Origin: Hemiscyllium ocellatum
Lineage: Eukaryota
Length of the DNA stretch: 64,000 nt
NCBI RefSeq assembly: GCF_020745735.1
Contig: NC_083409.1
Span: forward strand, 16,540,789 to 16,604,788
Direction of reading: 5' to 3'
In this document: positions 23,690-37,114 of the stretch, in pieces
Layout: each line of letters starts with the position of its first letter
Position numbering within the stretch: position 1 is the first letter of the stretch
Program-made: the position numbers and the translations under genes
Notes under the pieces: generated by a model
Database searches by the model: none
Told to the model about the DNA's origin: nothing
What the model saw: the letters and a program-made list of their open reading frames with translations, nothing else

Positions 23690-24470
23690 TCCAAGATGGC
23701 AGCAGAGTAGGACTCTTCAGACCAAGTTCATCTGCTCCGTCTGTTTCCTTTTCTGCTTTTTCTTCCACTGGTTTTTATTTTCTTTTGTGCTTTTCTTTTG
23801 CGGTTCTCTCTTCTTTTCTCTCCCAGCCACGGACTTCCAGCCTCACTCGCCAGGCCTCTGACCAGTGCAGCCCCAGTGTTGCGGCCTCTTGACTTGGTGT
23901 GGCAGAGTCCTAACCTGGCAGAGAGACCTCCCAGCTCGGTGAGGCAAACTCTCGGTCTGACGTGTTGGGCTCTCAGTTTAATGTGGAGGCCTCTCGGCTC
24001 AGAATGCTCGACTGTCACTCCAGCGTGACGAACTCTCGGCCTAGCATGGCGATCTCTCAATGGACCAACGTGGTTGTCTCTCGGCCCACAGTGTGGTCTT
24101 TTGCTGTATATAGTGGTCTTTCAGCCCAGCACAGCCTCAGCTTGCCTTCCGGTCTCGAAGTGAATGATTCAAAGTATGATCCCACGGTAGCTAAGCACTT
24201 AAGAAAGACTGGAATGATTGAACTTCCAGATTTATTTCTTTATTTTATTCTTAAAACTAAAAAGGTAAAAAAGTCTGTAACGTGTAACTTTTAAATTTAT
24301 TCTTTCTTTATACCTTGTTCTTAAGATTCTGTATCTCGGTCCTTGTACCTAAGATGGCTCCTTCCAAGGTGACATCACATACTTTTCACTGTACTCCAAT
24401 ACTTTTGTACTTGAGTCCATGTAACAATAAAATAAAATCAATATCAACAACACCACCAATTTACGTGGCA
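23690..24470 (+). mobile_element. Non-autonomous non-LTR element with a CAAGATGGC start and Rex1-like tail
   Basis: CCAAGATGGC at 23691 and again near 24350; 3' TTTTCACTGTACTC..GTAACAATAAAATAAAATCAA. Confidence 0.4.
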
Positions 24471-27073
24471 TCTGAAAACTTTCTAATTATACAATCACAG
24501 TCAATTCATTAAGGTACATTACAAACAGAAAATGTCGCAGCCCCAATTCCTGTCATACACCACTGGTCACAGGCTTCCAATTACGAAGACAACCCTTCAC
24601 CAACTTGTCAACTTGCCTTGGATCCCATGGGCTCTGACCATCTGGACCAGCCTTCCATGTGGGGCCTTTGTCAAACAAATCAATACTGGCATCCCGACCT
24701 CTTCAAGTATTGCTTAATCCTGTACTTCAGGATTTTTTCTAATAATTTCCCTCACACTGACATCAGACTAACTGGTCTGGAATTGCCTGGCCTATCCCTG
24801 CTGCCCTTCTTGAACAAAGGAACCACATTGACAATCCTCCAGTCTGGCACTTCACCTGTGGCCAGCGAAGTATTCATCAAGGAAAAGGCAATTAAACTTT
24901 CAAGACAATGAAATGAAAACTACAGTTAAGTTAAACCTAAAGACACGTTAGAGAAATGAACGCCTTCTCACTGTTATTTCAATACAATAAAGCTATAATG
25001 TTTGAATAGAAAGGATTTTATTTTGCCTTGTTTTGAAATCTTTTGCAATTGTGTTTTCTGTCAGTATGTTTTATTTTATCATCATTTCTTTTGTGCACTG
25101 AGGTCTTATTATTCAATCTGAATCATCAGCATTGCGTACTTATGCTCTGCAGATGCTGCAGACCAACTGCATTTCTTCAGCAGTTTGTTTGTGTTTCAGT
25201 CTGAGATCTGTGTTGTCCAATAATACCAGCAGTTGGGATGGGAATAGTTGGCTAGCATCATGATTGTCACTCTAATTAGAAATTGACACTTCGTATTTGA
25301 TGAATCCAACAAACCCTTACACTGTTTTCACATCTGTCAGTCACCACATCACTGCCACCGCTCTTACCTTTCCAGAATCCAGGCAAATCCTTTTGCTCTC
25401 AGTATGTGACTGATGTACTTGGGCATCTTTAATTGCAAACTTTCTTGTTCAGCCTAATGACTCTTTCTTTCTTGTTCAGCTCCTGACAAGCTACACCCTG
25501 CAGGCCACTAGATGATTGTGGTCAGCAATGCTTTGTATCTAGAATAGCCCACTTTGTCCCCATATCCTTCTCACTCACACTCTCAACTGATTACCCAGCT
25601 TGCCGTGTTTGAGGAGAAATTGACTCGAAATTGAATCAACTGTTGGTATTTCATGTGGCCATTCAATTGGAAAACAAGTATATTTACACTGAAGTTAATA
25701 AATTATAAATGTATAATAATTGGACAGAATGATATATTAAACTTTGCAGCATTTGAGGGATATAACTTTTGCCGGTTTGTCAAGAATGCCGGTTCATAAG
25801 GCACAGGTTACAACAACATTTGCTGCGTATCTTTTATAATAGACTCCCGTATTTCTCCCACTACTGATGCCAAGCTAACTGGTCGACAAAAAACACTGTG
25901 TTCTATCTGTCTTCCTTCTTAAAATAGTGGGGTTATTTTAGCCACTTTCCAGTCCATAGGAACTGCTCCTGAGTCTAGATTTCTGAAAGATGACGACGAG
26001 TGCATCTATTCTTTCTAATACCACTTTCCTAAGTATTCTGGGGTGAGGGGATCAGGCTGCCAAAGATATTTTATGGCCCCTCTTTGTCCTCCTATTTTTT
26101 AAGTACCCCCCCACACTTTCGCTTCTCCCGAAGGGCCTCCCCTCTTTTTAAAGCTCTGTACTTGGTATGTGCTTATTCCTTTTTCTTTCACAAACTATCC
26201 ATGTCCTTTGACATCCAGGATCCCAGGAGCTGCTGTCCTTGCCTTTCTTTCTGAGCTGGCCCTGAACTACATTAAAAAGATCCCCATTTTCCAAATGTAG
26301 ACTGACCTCCAAGTAACTGATCCCAGTCTATATTTGCCAGATCCTGTCTAATGAAATTGAAATTGGTCTTGCCTCACTTTAGACATTTAACTTCTGCACT
26401 ACCCTTATTCCTTTCCATAATAGTTAGGAAACGTACGGAGTTATGTTCACTATCTCCAAAATGCTCACCCATTGACTCTTCAACAATTTGACATTACTCG
26501 GATTGAGCCCAGCACTGCCCATGTCTAGTGGGACTATCTACGTACTGGCACCAAAAGCTCTCCTGGATGGACTTTAAAAATTCCATTCACATGAAGTCAA
26601 ACATAAAGTTTATGTTAGAGAAGTTGAAATTCCTTGCTAATATAGCCCTATTCCTCTCACGCCTCTCAGTGATTTGCCGACATATCTGCTCCTCTCTCTC
26701 CATCTGACTATTGGGGAGGCTGTAGTATAAGCCCAGCAAAGTGATTGTCCTTTTGTCTAGCTCTACCCAGACGGCGTCATTTGAAGACCCTTCCAAGAAA
26801 TGCTCCTTCAGTAGCAATACTGCAGTCATGGTTTCTTTTATCAATAATGCAACACACCCACCTCTCTTGCGCCCTGTCTATCCCACCTCAGACTTGTCTA
26901 CCCTGGAATGTTGAGTGGCCAGTCCTATCTTTGTTCAATCTTGTCTCAGCAATTGCAACAATATGATATTCCAAAAAGACAATGCAACAGCATATGAAAT
27001 AGCATAAGAGATATGGTTAGTAAGTTTGCAGATGACACCAAAATTGGAGGTGGAGTGGACAGCAAAGAAGGTT

Positions 27074-27211
27074 CGGAGAAAGTGAGGACTGAAGTTGCTG
27101 GAGATCAGAGCTGAAAATGTGTTGCTGGAAAAGCGCAGCAGGTCAGGCAGCATCAAAGGAGCAGGAGAATCGACGTTTCGGGCATAAGCCCTTCTTCAGG
27201 GATTTCTTTTA
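27074..27211 (-). mobile_element. 138-bp Penelope-like-element-derived insertion with a 13-bp target-site duplication
   Basis: TSD AGCAAAGAAGGTT at 27061-27073 and 27212-27224; interrupts CR1 RT just after FADDTKIGG. Confidence 0.8.
27172..27199 (-). ncRNA. Minimal type I hammerhead ribozyme core (Penelope-type)
   Basis: CUGAAGA-A-GGGC-UUAU-GCCC-GAAA-C-GUC: intact CUGANGA and GAAA boxes, 4-bp stem II, palindromic ACGU stem III and a GUC cleavage triplet. Stem I is weak. Confidence 0.65.
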
Positions 27212-28499
27212 AGCAAAGAAGGTTACCTCAGATTACAACGGGATCTTGATCAGATGGGCCAATGGGCTGAGAAGTGGCAGATGGAGTTTAATTCAGATAA
27301 ATGCGAGGTGATACATTTTGGGAAAGCAAACCTTAGCAGGACTTATACACTTAATGATAAGGTCCTAGAGAGTGTTGCTGAACAAAGAGACCTTAGAGTG
27401 CAGGTTCATAGCTCCTTGAAAGTGGAGTCACAGGTAGATAGGATAGTGAAGAAGGTGTTTGCTATGCTTTCCTTTATTGGTCAGAGTATCGAATAGAGGA
27501 GTTAGGAGGTCATGTTGTGGCTGTATACGACATTGGTGAGGCCACTGTTGAAATATTCTGGTCTCCTTCCTATCGAAAAGATGTTGTGAAACTTGAAAGT
27601 GTTCAAAAAAGATTTATTAGGATGTTGCCAGGGTTGGAGGATTTGAGCTAAAGTGAGAGGCTGAACAGGCTGGGGCTGTTTTCCCCGAAGCGGCAGAGGT
27701 TGAGGGTGACCTTATAGAAGTTTACAAAATTATGAGGAGCATGGATAGGATAAATAGTCAAAGTCTTTTCCCTGGGGTTGGGGAGTCCAGAACTAGAGGG
27801 CATAGGTTTAGGGTGAGAGGGGAATGATATAAAAGAGACGCAAGGGGCAACTTTTTCACACAGAGAGTGGTATGTGTATGGAATGAGCTGCCAGAGGAAG
27901 TGGTGGAGGCTGGTACAATTGCAACATTTAAAAGGCATTTGGATGCACACATGAATAAAAATGGTTTGGGGGGATGTGGGCCGGGTGCTGGCAGGTGGGA
28001 CTAGATTGGGTTGGGACATCTGGTCGGCATGGACAGGTTGGACCAAAGGGTTTGTTTCCACGTTGTACATCTCTATGTCTCGCTGACTCTGTATTCCCAA
28101 GTGCCGTTCAATGTTCTCAGTTCAACCACATTACTGGTCAAGCTCCTTACATTGAAATAGCTACAATTCAGCTTTCTGATCCTCCTGTATCCTGGATCGT
28201 GTCCTAGTGGTCACTCAGTGGTTTTCTGCATTGCCCTTACTTTCCCATGAAGGGAAACATTGAGCATTAACTTTAGGGAATGTTAGACCAATTAGTCGGA
28301 CATCAGCAGTGGAGAAAAAGCTCAAATTCATTATAAAATATTTTATAGCTTCGCACTGAGAAAACAGTGACAGAATTGGGCAGAGTCAGCATGGATTGTC
28401 AAAAGAAAAATCATGCTTAACAAATCGACTGGACTTGTTTGAGGATGTAGTGAATGGATTTAACAAGGGGGAGCCAGCGGATGTGGTTTATTTGGACTT

Positions 28500-31400
28500 T
28501 GTAAGGGGAATAGATAGGTGGTTCTGTGGTCAAAAACGAGACTCCTGAATAGCTCTGAAGGGGGAGGGTGAACAGATAGCTGTGATGGTGCATGTAGGCC
28601 GCAATGATATACATAATAAACGGGATGAGGTCCAACATGCAGAATTTAGGGAGTTAGGAACCACATTAAAAATAAGGACCTCAGAGGTAGTAATCTCAGG
28701 ATTGCAACCAGTGCCGCGTATTAGTCAGAATAGACATGGAAGAATAGGCAGGATGAATGAGTGGCTTGAGAGATGGCGCAGTGGTGGGGGGGGGGGGTTC
28801 AGATTTTTGCGACATTGGGATTGGTTCTGGGGGAGGTGGGACTATTACAAATCAAGAATGCCTGCACCTGGGCAGGACTGGAACCAATGTCCTCCAGGCT
28901 ACTTTTGCTCACGTTCTTGGGGACGGTTCAAAATAATGTAGCTGAGTGATGGGAACCAAATGAGGAGGTTAGTGGACAGTAAGGAGGTAGTAACTAAAAC
29001 CTGTAAGGAACTAAGTAATGAAATGGGCGTGATTAAGGGTAAGAATAGGTAGATGATGAACACAAAGGGACAGGTGGTCTGAGATGCATTTGTTTTAATG
29101 CAAAAAGTGTAGTAGGTAAGGCAGAGGAATTTAGGGCTTGGATTTGTACCTGGTGGTATGATGTTATTGCTATTACTGAGACTTGGTCGAGGGAAAGGCA
29201 AGATTGGCAACTAAATATCCCAGGATACAGATGTATCTGATGGGTTCAAGACGGAGGTAAAAGGGGTAGAGGAGTAGCATTACCGGTCAGAGAGGACATC
29301 ACAGCTGTGCTGAAGGAAGGCACGATGGAGGACTTGAGCAGAGGGGGAGTTTGGGCAGACCTCAGAAACAGGAAGGGTACAGTAACAATGCTGGGGCTGT
29401 ACTATAGTCCTCCCAACAGCCAGCACGAGATAGCGGTCAAATATGTAAACAGATTACAGAAGATGTAGGAGCAACAGGGTGGTGGCGATGGGAGATTTTA
29501 ATTTTCTCAACATTGACGGGGATTCATTTAAAGTTATAGGTTTAGACAGAGCAAAATTTGTAAGGAGCACCCAGGAGGATTTTACATAGTATGTAAATAG
29601 TTCAACTCAGGAAGGGGCCATACTGGACCTGGTGTTGGGGAATGAGCCCAGCCAGGTGGTTGAAATCTCAGTCGGGGATTACTTTGGGAACAGTGATCAC
29701 AATTCCGTAAGTTTTTAGAATGCTAATGGACAAAGACAAGAGTGGTCCGAAAGGAAGAGGGCTAAACTGGGGGAAGGCCAACTATAGCAAAATTCGGCAG
29801 AAGCTGGGTAATGTGGATTGGGAGCAGCTGTTTGAGGGTAAATCCACATTTGATATGTGGGAGGCTTTGTAAGAGAGGTTGATTAGAATGCAGGACAGAC
29901 ATGACCCTGTGACAATGAGGGATGAAATGACAAGATTAGGGAACCCTGGATGACAGGTGAAATTGTGAGACTAGCTAAGAGGAAAAAGGATGCATCCATA
30001 AAGTCTAGGTGGCTGACAACAGGCAAAGCTTTGGAAGAATATTGGGAAACTAGGACCGATCTGAAATTAGGAATTAAAAGGGCTAAAAGGGGTCACAAAA
30101 CATCATTATCAAAATGGGTTAAGGAAATCCCAAAGCCTTTTATTCATATATAAGGAGCAAGAGGGTGACTAGAGAAAGGGCTGGCCCACTCAAGGACAGA
30201 GGAAATTTAAGCATGGAGTTAGGGAAAATGGGAGAGATTCTAAATGAGTGGTTTGTTTTGGTACTCACCAAGGAGATGGAAAAGCTGGACATTGAAGTTG
30301 GGGATAGATGTTTGATTACTCTTGGTCAAGTTGGTTTAAGGCGGGAGAAAGTGTTGAGTATTCTAAAAGGCATTAAGGTGGACAGGTCCCCAGGTCAGGA
30401 TGGAATCTATCCCCGGGTACTGTGGAAAGCAAGAGAGGAGATAGCTGGGGCCTTAAGAGATATCTATGTAGCAATCTTGAACATGGGTGAGGTCCCAGAG
30501 GACTGGAGAATAGCTAATGTTGTCCCCTTGTATAAAAAGAGTAGCAAAGATAATCCAGGTAATTATCAAGCGGTGAGCCTGACGTCAGTGGAAGGGAAGC
30601 TGCTGAAGCAGATACTGATTTGGAAGAAAATGGATGTATCAGTGATAGGCAACATGATTTTGTGCAGGGAATTTCATGTCTTACCTACTTCATAGAATTT
30701 TTTGAAGAAGTGACAAAGTTGATAGATTAGGGAAGAGCTGTAGATGTCATACACATGGACTTCAGTAAGGTGTTTGATAACATTCCCCATGTAGCCTGAT
30801 AGAGAAATTAAAGTCGCATGGGGTCCAGTATGTACTAGTTAGATGGATATAGAACAGGCTGGGCAACAGGAGACAGAGAGTAGTAGTGGAAGGGAATTTC
30901 TCAAAATGGAGAACAGGAATACATGCTGAGAACACTCTTGTTTATATGATATATATAAATGATCTGGAAGAAGGAATAGGTGGTCTGATTAACAAGTTTG
31001 CAGATGACACTAAGATTGGTGGAGTAGCAGATAGTGAAGGGGACTGTCAGAGAATGCAGCAGAATATAGATAGATTGGAGAGTTGGGCAGAGAAACAGAC
31101 AGATGGAGTTCAATCCGGCCAAATGTGATCTGATGAATTTTGGAAGATCCAATTCTGGAGTAAACTAGATGCTGAATGGAAAGCCCTGGGGAAAATTGAT
31201 GCACAGAGAGATCTGGATGTTCGGGTCCATTGTACCCTGAAGGTGGTAATGCAGGTTGATAGAGTGGTCAAGTGGGCAGATGGCATGCTTTCCTTCATCG
31301 GTTGGGGTACAAGAGTAGGCAGGTCATGTTAGAATTGTATCAGAATTTGGCTTGGCCACATTTGGAATACTGCATACAGTTCTGGTCGCCACATTACCAA

Positions 31401-31880
31401 AAGGATGAGGATGCTTTGGAGATGGTGCAGAGGAGCTTAACCAGGATTGTCTCATATGGAGGGCATGAGCTATGAAGAGAGGTTGAGTAGATTAGCATCA
31501 TTTTCAATAGAAAGTTGAAGATTGAGGGAGGACCTGCTAGAGGTCTACAAAATCACGAGAGCTATAAACATGATGGATAGCAAGAAGATTTTTCCCAGAG
31601 TGAGGGGTTCAATTGCTAGGGACCATGGGTTCAAGGTGAGAGGAGAAAGGTTTAGGGGAGATATGCGTGGAACGTTCTTTACGCAGAGAGTGGTTGGTAC
31701 CTGGAACACGTTGCCAGCGGAAGTGGTAGAGGCGGGCATGATAGCATCATTAAAGATGTATCGAGATAGATGCATGAATGGGCAGGGAACAGAGGGATAC
31801 AGATCCTTGGAAAATTGATGATAGGTTGAAATTGAAGCTATGGATCAGTGCAGGCTTGGAGGGCCGAAGGGCCTGTTCCT
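28500..31880 (+). mobile_element. Longest CR1/HER1-like LINE copy (ORF1 esterase end, APE, RT, 3' tail), decayed
   Basis: VHVGRNDI..VVISGLQPVP (SGNH); KSPGQDGIYPRVL..DWRIANVVPLYKK; YINDLEEGIGGLINKFADDTKIGG; internal deletion near 30910. Confidence 0.9.
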
Positions 31881-31919
31881 GTTTGTAATTTTCTTTGTCC
31901 CTTGTTCTTGGACCTGAGA

Positions 31920-34470
31920 AAGCTCAAAGGAACAGAATGATCTTGGGGTACTTGTCCACTGATCCCCGAATGTGGCAAGACAGGTTAACAGAGGACACTT
32001 GCCTTGGTCATGTCAGGTATTGGTTATAAAAGCAGGAGGATATGGTGCAGTTAAGCAGAACATTGGTTAGCCCACAGCTGGAGTACTGTGTGCAGTTCAG
32101 GTCACCACACTGTAGGAAGGATGTGATTGCACTGGATGGGGTGCAGAGGGGAATCACCAGGATGTTGTGTGGGACGGAGCCTCTTAGTGATGAAGAGAAA
32201 TTGGATCAGCTCGGTTGTTTTCTTCAGAGCAGAGAAGGTGGAGGGGGACCTGATCGAGGTGTATAAGGTTATGAGAGGAATGGACAGGGAGGAGAGAAAG
32301 CAGCTGTTCTTCTTCATGGGAGGGTCAATAAAAAGTTGGTTTACATTCATTGTGAAAGATAGGAAGTTTCAAGATGTTTTGAGGAAAATGTTTTTTTATC
32401 CAGAGGGTGGTGGGTGTCTGGAACGCACAGCCTGGGAGAGCAGTTGACGTGGGAAACCTCAAAAACTTTAAAAAGTACTTGGGTGAGCAGTTGAAATGTC
32501 ATAACATTCTAGCTATGGGCTCATATTGGAAAGTGGGATTGGTGCAGGTTTAGTGTAGTTTGGCTGGTACACAGTTAATGGGCTGAAGGACCTGTTCTGT
32601 ACTGTGTGATTTTATGATTGTATTGTGTACAGTTTTGGTCTCCTTATCTGAGAAAGGATGTTCTGGTTGTGGAGGGAGGACAGCGAAAGTTTACCAGACT
32701 GATTCCTGGGATGACAGCACTTAGATCTGTTGAGAAACTGGATCAGTTAGGATTATATTCACTGGAGGTTAGAAGATTGAGAGGAATCACGTTGGAACCT
32801 TTAAAATCCTAACAGGACAAGACCGGAAAAACACAGGAAGTATGTTCCTGATCATTGGAGAATCCAGAACCAGGAATTACAGTTTAAAGAAAAGGGAAAG
32901 GTTATTTCAGACTGAGCTGAGGAGACATTTCTTTAGCCAGAGAGTGGGAAGCTGATGGAATATTCTATCACAGAAAGCAGTTGAGACCAAAACATTAAAA
33001 GTTTTCAAGAAGGAGATAGGTCTAAAGGGACTTAGGACGAAAGGGATTAAGGTTATGGGAAAAAAGTGGGAACAGGGGACTAAGTTGAATGATCAGCCAT
33101 GGTCATATTTAATGGCAGACCCCACTCGAAGGGCTGAATGGCCTACTCCTGCTGTTCGTTACTTTGTTTCTGCGTTTGAGAGACTGTCCGTAAACATGGA
33201 AACATATGGAATTATAGAGTCAAAGAGTCATCGAGTCCTACAGCACAGAGACAGGCTTTTTGGTCCACACTGGTCCATGCTGACCAAAATGTCCATCCAT
33301 GCTAACCCCATTTCCCTGCACTTGGCCCATATCCTTCGGAGCCTTTCCTATCCATGCATTTGTCCAAATGCCTTTTTAAAGTTGTTAATATACCCGCCTC
33401 AATCACTTCCACTGGCAGATCATTCCATATGCGTGCCACCCTCTGTGTAAACAAGTTGTCCCTCAGGTTCCCTTTTATTCTTTCTCCTCTAACCTAAAAC
33501 CCCTCTCATCCTCAATTCCCCAACCCTGGGAAAAAGACTGAGTGCATTCACCCTATCCATGTCTCTCAAGGTCTTATACACTTCTAAAAAAAAACCCTCA
33601 GTCTCCTACACTCTCTGAAAAAAGTCCTAGCTTGTCCAACTTCTCACAAAAACTCAGATTGTTGAGTCCTAGCAACATGCTTGTACATTTCCTCTGAACT
33701 TGTTCCAGTTTAATAATGTCCTTCCTATAACAAGGTGACCAAATACTCCAAGTGCGACCTCACCAACGTTCTGTACAATGGTAACATAACTTCTCAACTT
33801 CTATACTCAATGCCCTGACTGATGAAGGCCAGTGTGTCAAAAGCCTTCCTCACTGCCCTGTCGAATTGTGACTCAACTTCCAGAGAACCGTGTACCTGAA
33901 CTCCAAGATCTCTCTGTTTCACTACAGTCCTTAAGGCCTTACCATTCACCATGGTACTCCCACCTCGATTAAACTTCCGAAAGTGCAAGACCTCACAATT
34001 ATCTCTCTGAACTCATTTTGTCATTTCTCTGCTCATTTCTCCAGCTGATCAAGGTCCTGCTGCAATTTCTGATAACCTCCCTCAATGTCTACTGTAATGT
34101 CATCTGCAAACTTCCCAATCATGCCTTGCAGATTCTCATCCAAATTATTGATGTAGATAGCAAAGAGTAATGGGCCCAGGACCGAGCCCTGAGGCGCTCC
34201 ACTAGACACAGGCCTCTAGTCTGACAAGCATCCTTCCACTGTTACCCACTGCTTTGTACCATCAAGCCAATCAAAGAAAAGTATTTGTCTTTGGTCAGGA
34301 ATTAGTTTGGAGGTAGGAGGCAGAGAGGAAGAATAGTGAGTGCATCCTCCAGTGAGGAAGATGTGAATAGTGGTATCCCCAGGGATCTGTGCTGGGAGCT
34401 CAGCATTTTATGATATTTCTGAATGACTTGGATGAAGAAACAGAGAGCTGTACATCCAAGATTGCTGATC
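31920..34470. mobile_element. CR1 fragments (+, shared with arm A) and a B-specific CR1 (-, 33200-34270)
   Basis: RT C-terminal motifs and tails. Confidence 0.78.
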
Positions 34471-34920
34471 ACACTGACTGAGGCAGAGATAGGGAGGGTG
34501 GAGGGCAGAGAGGGTTTTGCGAACAAGGATGAGAACTCGACAATCAAGGAGTTGCTGGAGAGGAGCCAATGTAGATACAGGGTGCAGGGGGTTGGGGGAA
34601 CAGGACTTGATGCAAGTTTGAATACAGGCATCAGAATTTGGGATGAACTGAAGGTTATGGAGGGCGATTGCTGTGATGTGTGCTAGCACAACATTGGAAT
34701 GGTCATGTTTGGAGTCCCACAGACATGATTGAGATTTTCAGTGGCTGGTCTGTATAATATGGAGGATATAGGGCTCAGATCATTCTCAGAGATGTGGCCA
34801 CGTTTGTAAAGGGTCTGGTTGTGCAGCAGACCCCCAGGGAGAGGGATGGAGTTTGGAGCAGGAGATGAAGAGGATGGCTTTGATCTTCCCAATATGTTAC
34901 ACAGTGAGTCCGGGCTTTTC

Positions 34921-35153
34921 AGTCCTGACTGCTCTTAGCTGCTGTGATTGTCACTGATTAGACACTTATTATTAGAGATTCTGACCACAGCAGAAAGCCC
35001 CAGTGTAAAAAATAGTTGCAAAGGCTGTCAGAGCACAAGGTTGAAAATTCACCAAAAGAGGAAGTGAAAGAAGGAGCTCGGAGCAGCTGGGTGTTTGTTA
35101 CTGAGATGGGAGAAAACTGTGAACTGTCTGCTCTCCCTGGAACCTGACAGCAC
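34921..35153 (+). promoter_or_regulatory. Candidate upstream B-lineage enhancer, copy B
   Basis: AAAAGAGGAAGTGAAAG with EICE core 35060-35069, CAGCTG 35084-35089, Runx ACCACA 34984-34989. Confidence 0.55.
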
Positions 35154-37114
35154 AGGAGGCTGGTTCTGGGATTTTTCTTTTCAGAAACAGCACAGTGATG
35201 GAAAAAGTGTCAGTCACTCTCTCACAAACACACACGCCTGCACTTCGAGATTAGAAACAGAATCCAGCAGCAGCTCTGTCTCCAAGCTGTGAAACCTGCA
35301 CAGAATTGTTCCCTCATTCAGTTTTTAACTGGCAGGATAGACCAAGCAGGGGAAGCAACACAGTGGTGTGTACAGTCAGAAGGGAGTTGCCCTGGGAGTC
35401 CTCACCATTAACTATGGAACCCATGAAGCCTCATGACAGCAGGTCAAACATGGGGAAGGAAACCTCCTGCTGATTACCACATAGCACCGCCCTCCACTCC
35501 AACCTCAACTGAACAGTCAGTCCTCCTCCATGTTTGACAACACTTGGAGGGAGCACTGAGGGTGGGAATGATGCAGGATATACCGTGAGTAAGGGACTTC
35601 AAAGTCCACCATCAAAAGCTGCTCAGAAGCATCACTACTGAGCAAGCTGGTCAGGTTCCACCTGATTCAGCTGCTCGACTGGACCTGGGGCAGGTGGTGA
35701 GGGAACCAACAAGAGGGAACAACATACTCACTATCACCCTCACCAACCTGCCTGCTGCTGGTGTATCTGTCCATGACAGTATCAGTAAGGGTGACCACCG
35801 CACAGTCCGTGTGGAGACAAAATCCCATCTTCACATTTAAGTTACCTTACATTTTGTTGGGCAAGAGATTCGGGATGTCAGGAAGGACTTTGTTTTGAAC
35901 AGCAATTGGTAATAAATTGGAAATTAGTGCCATTCAGGTGAGGCAGGTGAAGACACTCAGTGATTGCAATGGCAGATTGGATGGGCTCTTGATGGAAATA
36001 AACCTGCAAGGCTCTGGGGGTCGAGTAGGGGAGGGGGTGGGACTGACTGGATTGCTCCATGAAATGACAGCATTTACCTAACAGGCTGAATGTTCTCCCC
36101 CTGTGCTGGAAATAGATCTCACTCAATGAGGGGTTCACAATTAGAGAGTTTGGATGCAGTAAATACAGGACAAATTGTTTCTCCAGGCAGGAGGGTCAGT
36201 AACCAGAGGGCACACATTTCAGAAAGGGTCTGAAGAACAAGAGAGAAGATAGGAACATTTTTATCCAGCGAGTTTATGATGTCTGTCTGCAAGGTGAGTG
36301 GGAGTGGATTCAACAGCAACTTTCAAAAGGGCCTTTGGAGAAATAGCTGTAAAGGAAACAATTGCAGGGTTATACAGGAAGGGCTGGGGAAATGGGACTC
36401 ATTGGACTAATTTGTCTAACAGTCACAATAGGCCCAATGACCTCTGTCTGTGCTGTATAAGAACTTACACACACTTAGTCTCACCTTTACACAAAGACTG
36501 GGAGAAACAGACAATCCAGTTTACAGAAGAATGCTTTCTCAAACACTCTTGACAACTCAGGAAACAGGCCCAGACTAGATTCACTAGAGTAAGTCAGCAA
36601 ATCAATGACAAGGGAACAGTAAACCAAAAGCAATGGGACTGAACAATATATTCAGTAACACAACAATTGAGAGGAGGAGGAGGGATGAAGGGCAGGAGGT
36701 CAGAGAGCACGCTGTAGGGGCCTGAAGGCTCTGCTGTCAATGGTGGGATGGAGGAAGCAGCAATGGGCAGGAGACTAGAGACAGAAGATGGAAAGGGGAG
36801 GGAGGGAAAGTGAGTCTGCAGCAGGACACAGATTGAGGGAGGAGGGAGGCCATGGAGGCAATTGGTTGGCAGTGAGCTCATTCTTGAACGACTTCAGATG
36901 TCAGACAAGGAAGGGACCACTCCATATCAGACAAGTTGGGGTTTATGGAATGTGACTTCAGGAAGCCGGGAGAGGACATTGGAATCAATAGTTAGGACAA
37001 GCAGGAATTAGTGTTTCTGTGGCCAGGGGACTGAAGTCGTGCAGAGACAGACAGTGTTGTTGAGACTGAAATAAGGGACCTTCATGATGGAGTGGATTTG
37101 GGGTTTGCAGCTCA

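Larger units (their letters stand above)
25860..28085. mobile_element. CR1 APE/RT fragment (-, to about 26990) abutting a CR1 RT-to-tail copy (+, 26995-28085)
   Basis: AVWVEL..GLYYSLPNS (APE); FADDTKIGG..MGQWAEKWQMEFNSDKCEV (RT). Confidence 0.85.

Noticed and set aside
15920-31940. Extension of the inverted symmetry into the central spacer (16720-16960 versus 28250-28500)
   Set aside because: The similarity is confined to a common CR1 RT segment with no shared junction, so it cannot be told apart from independent copies.
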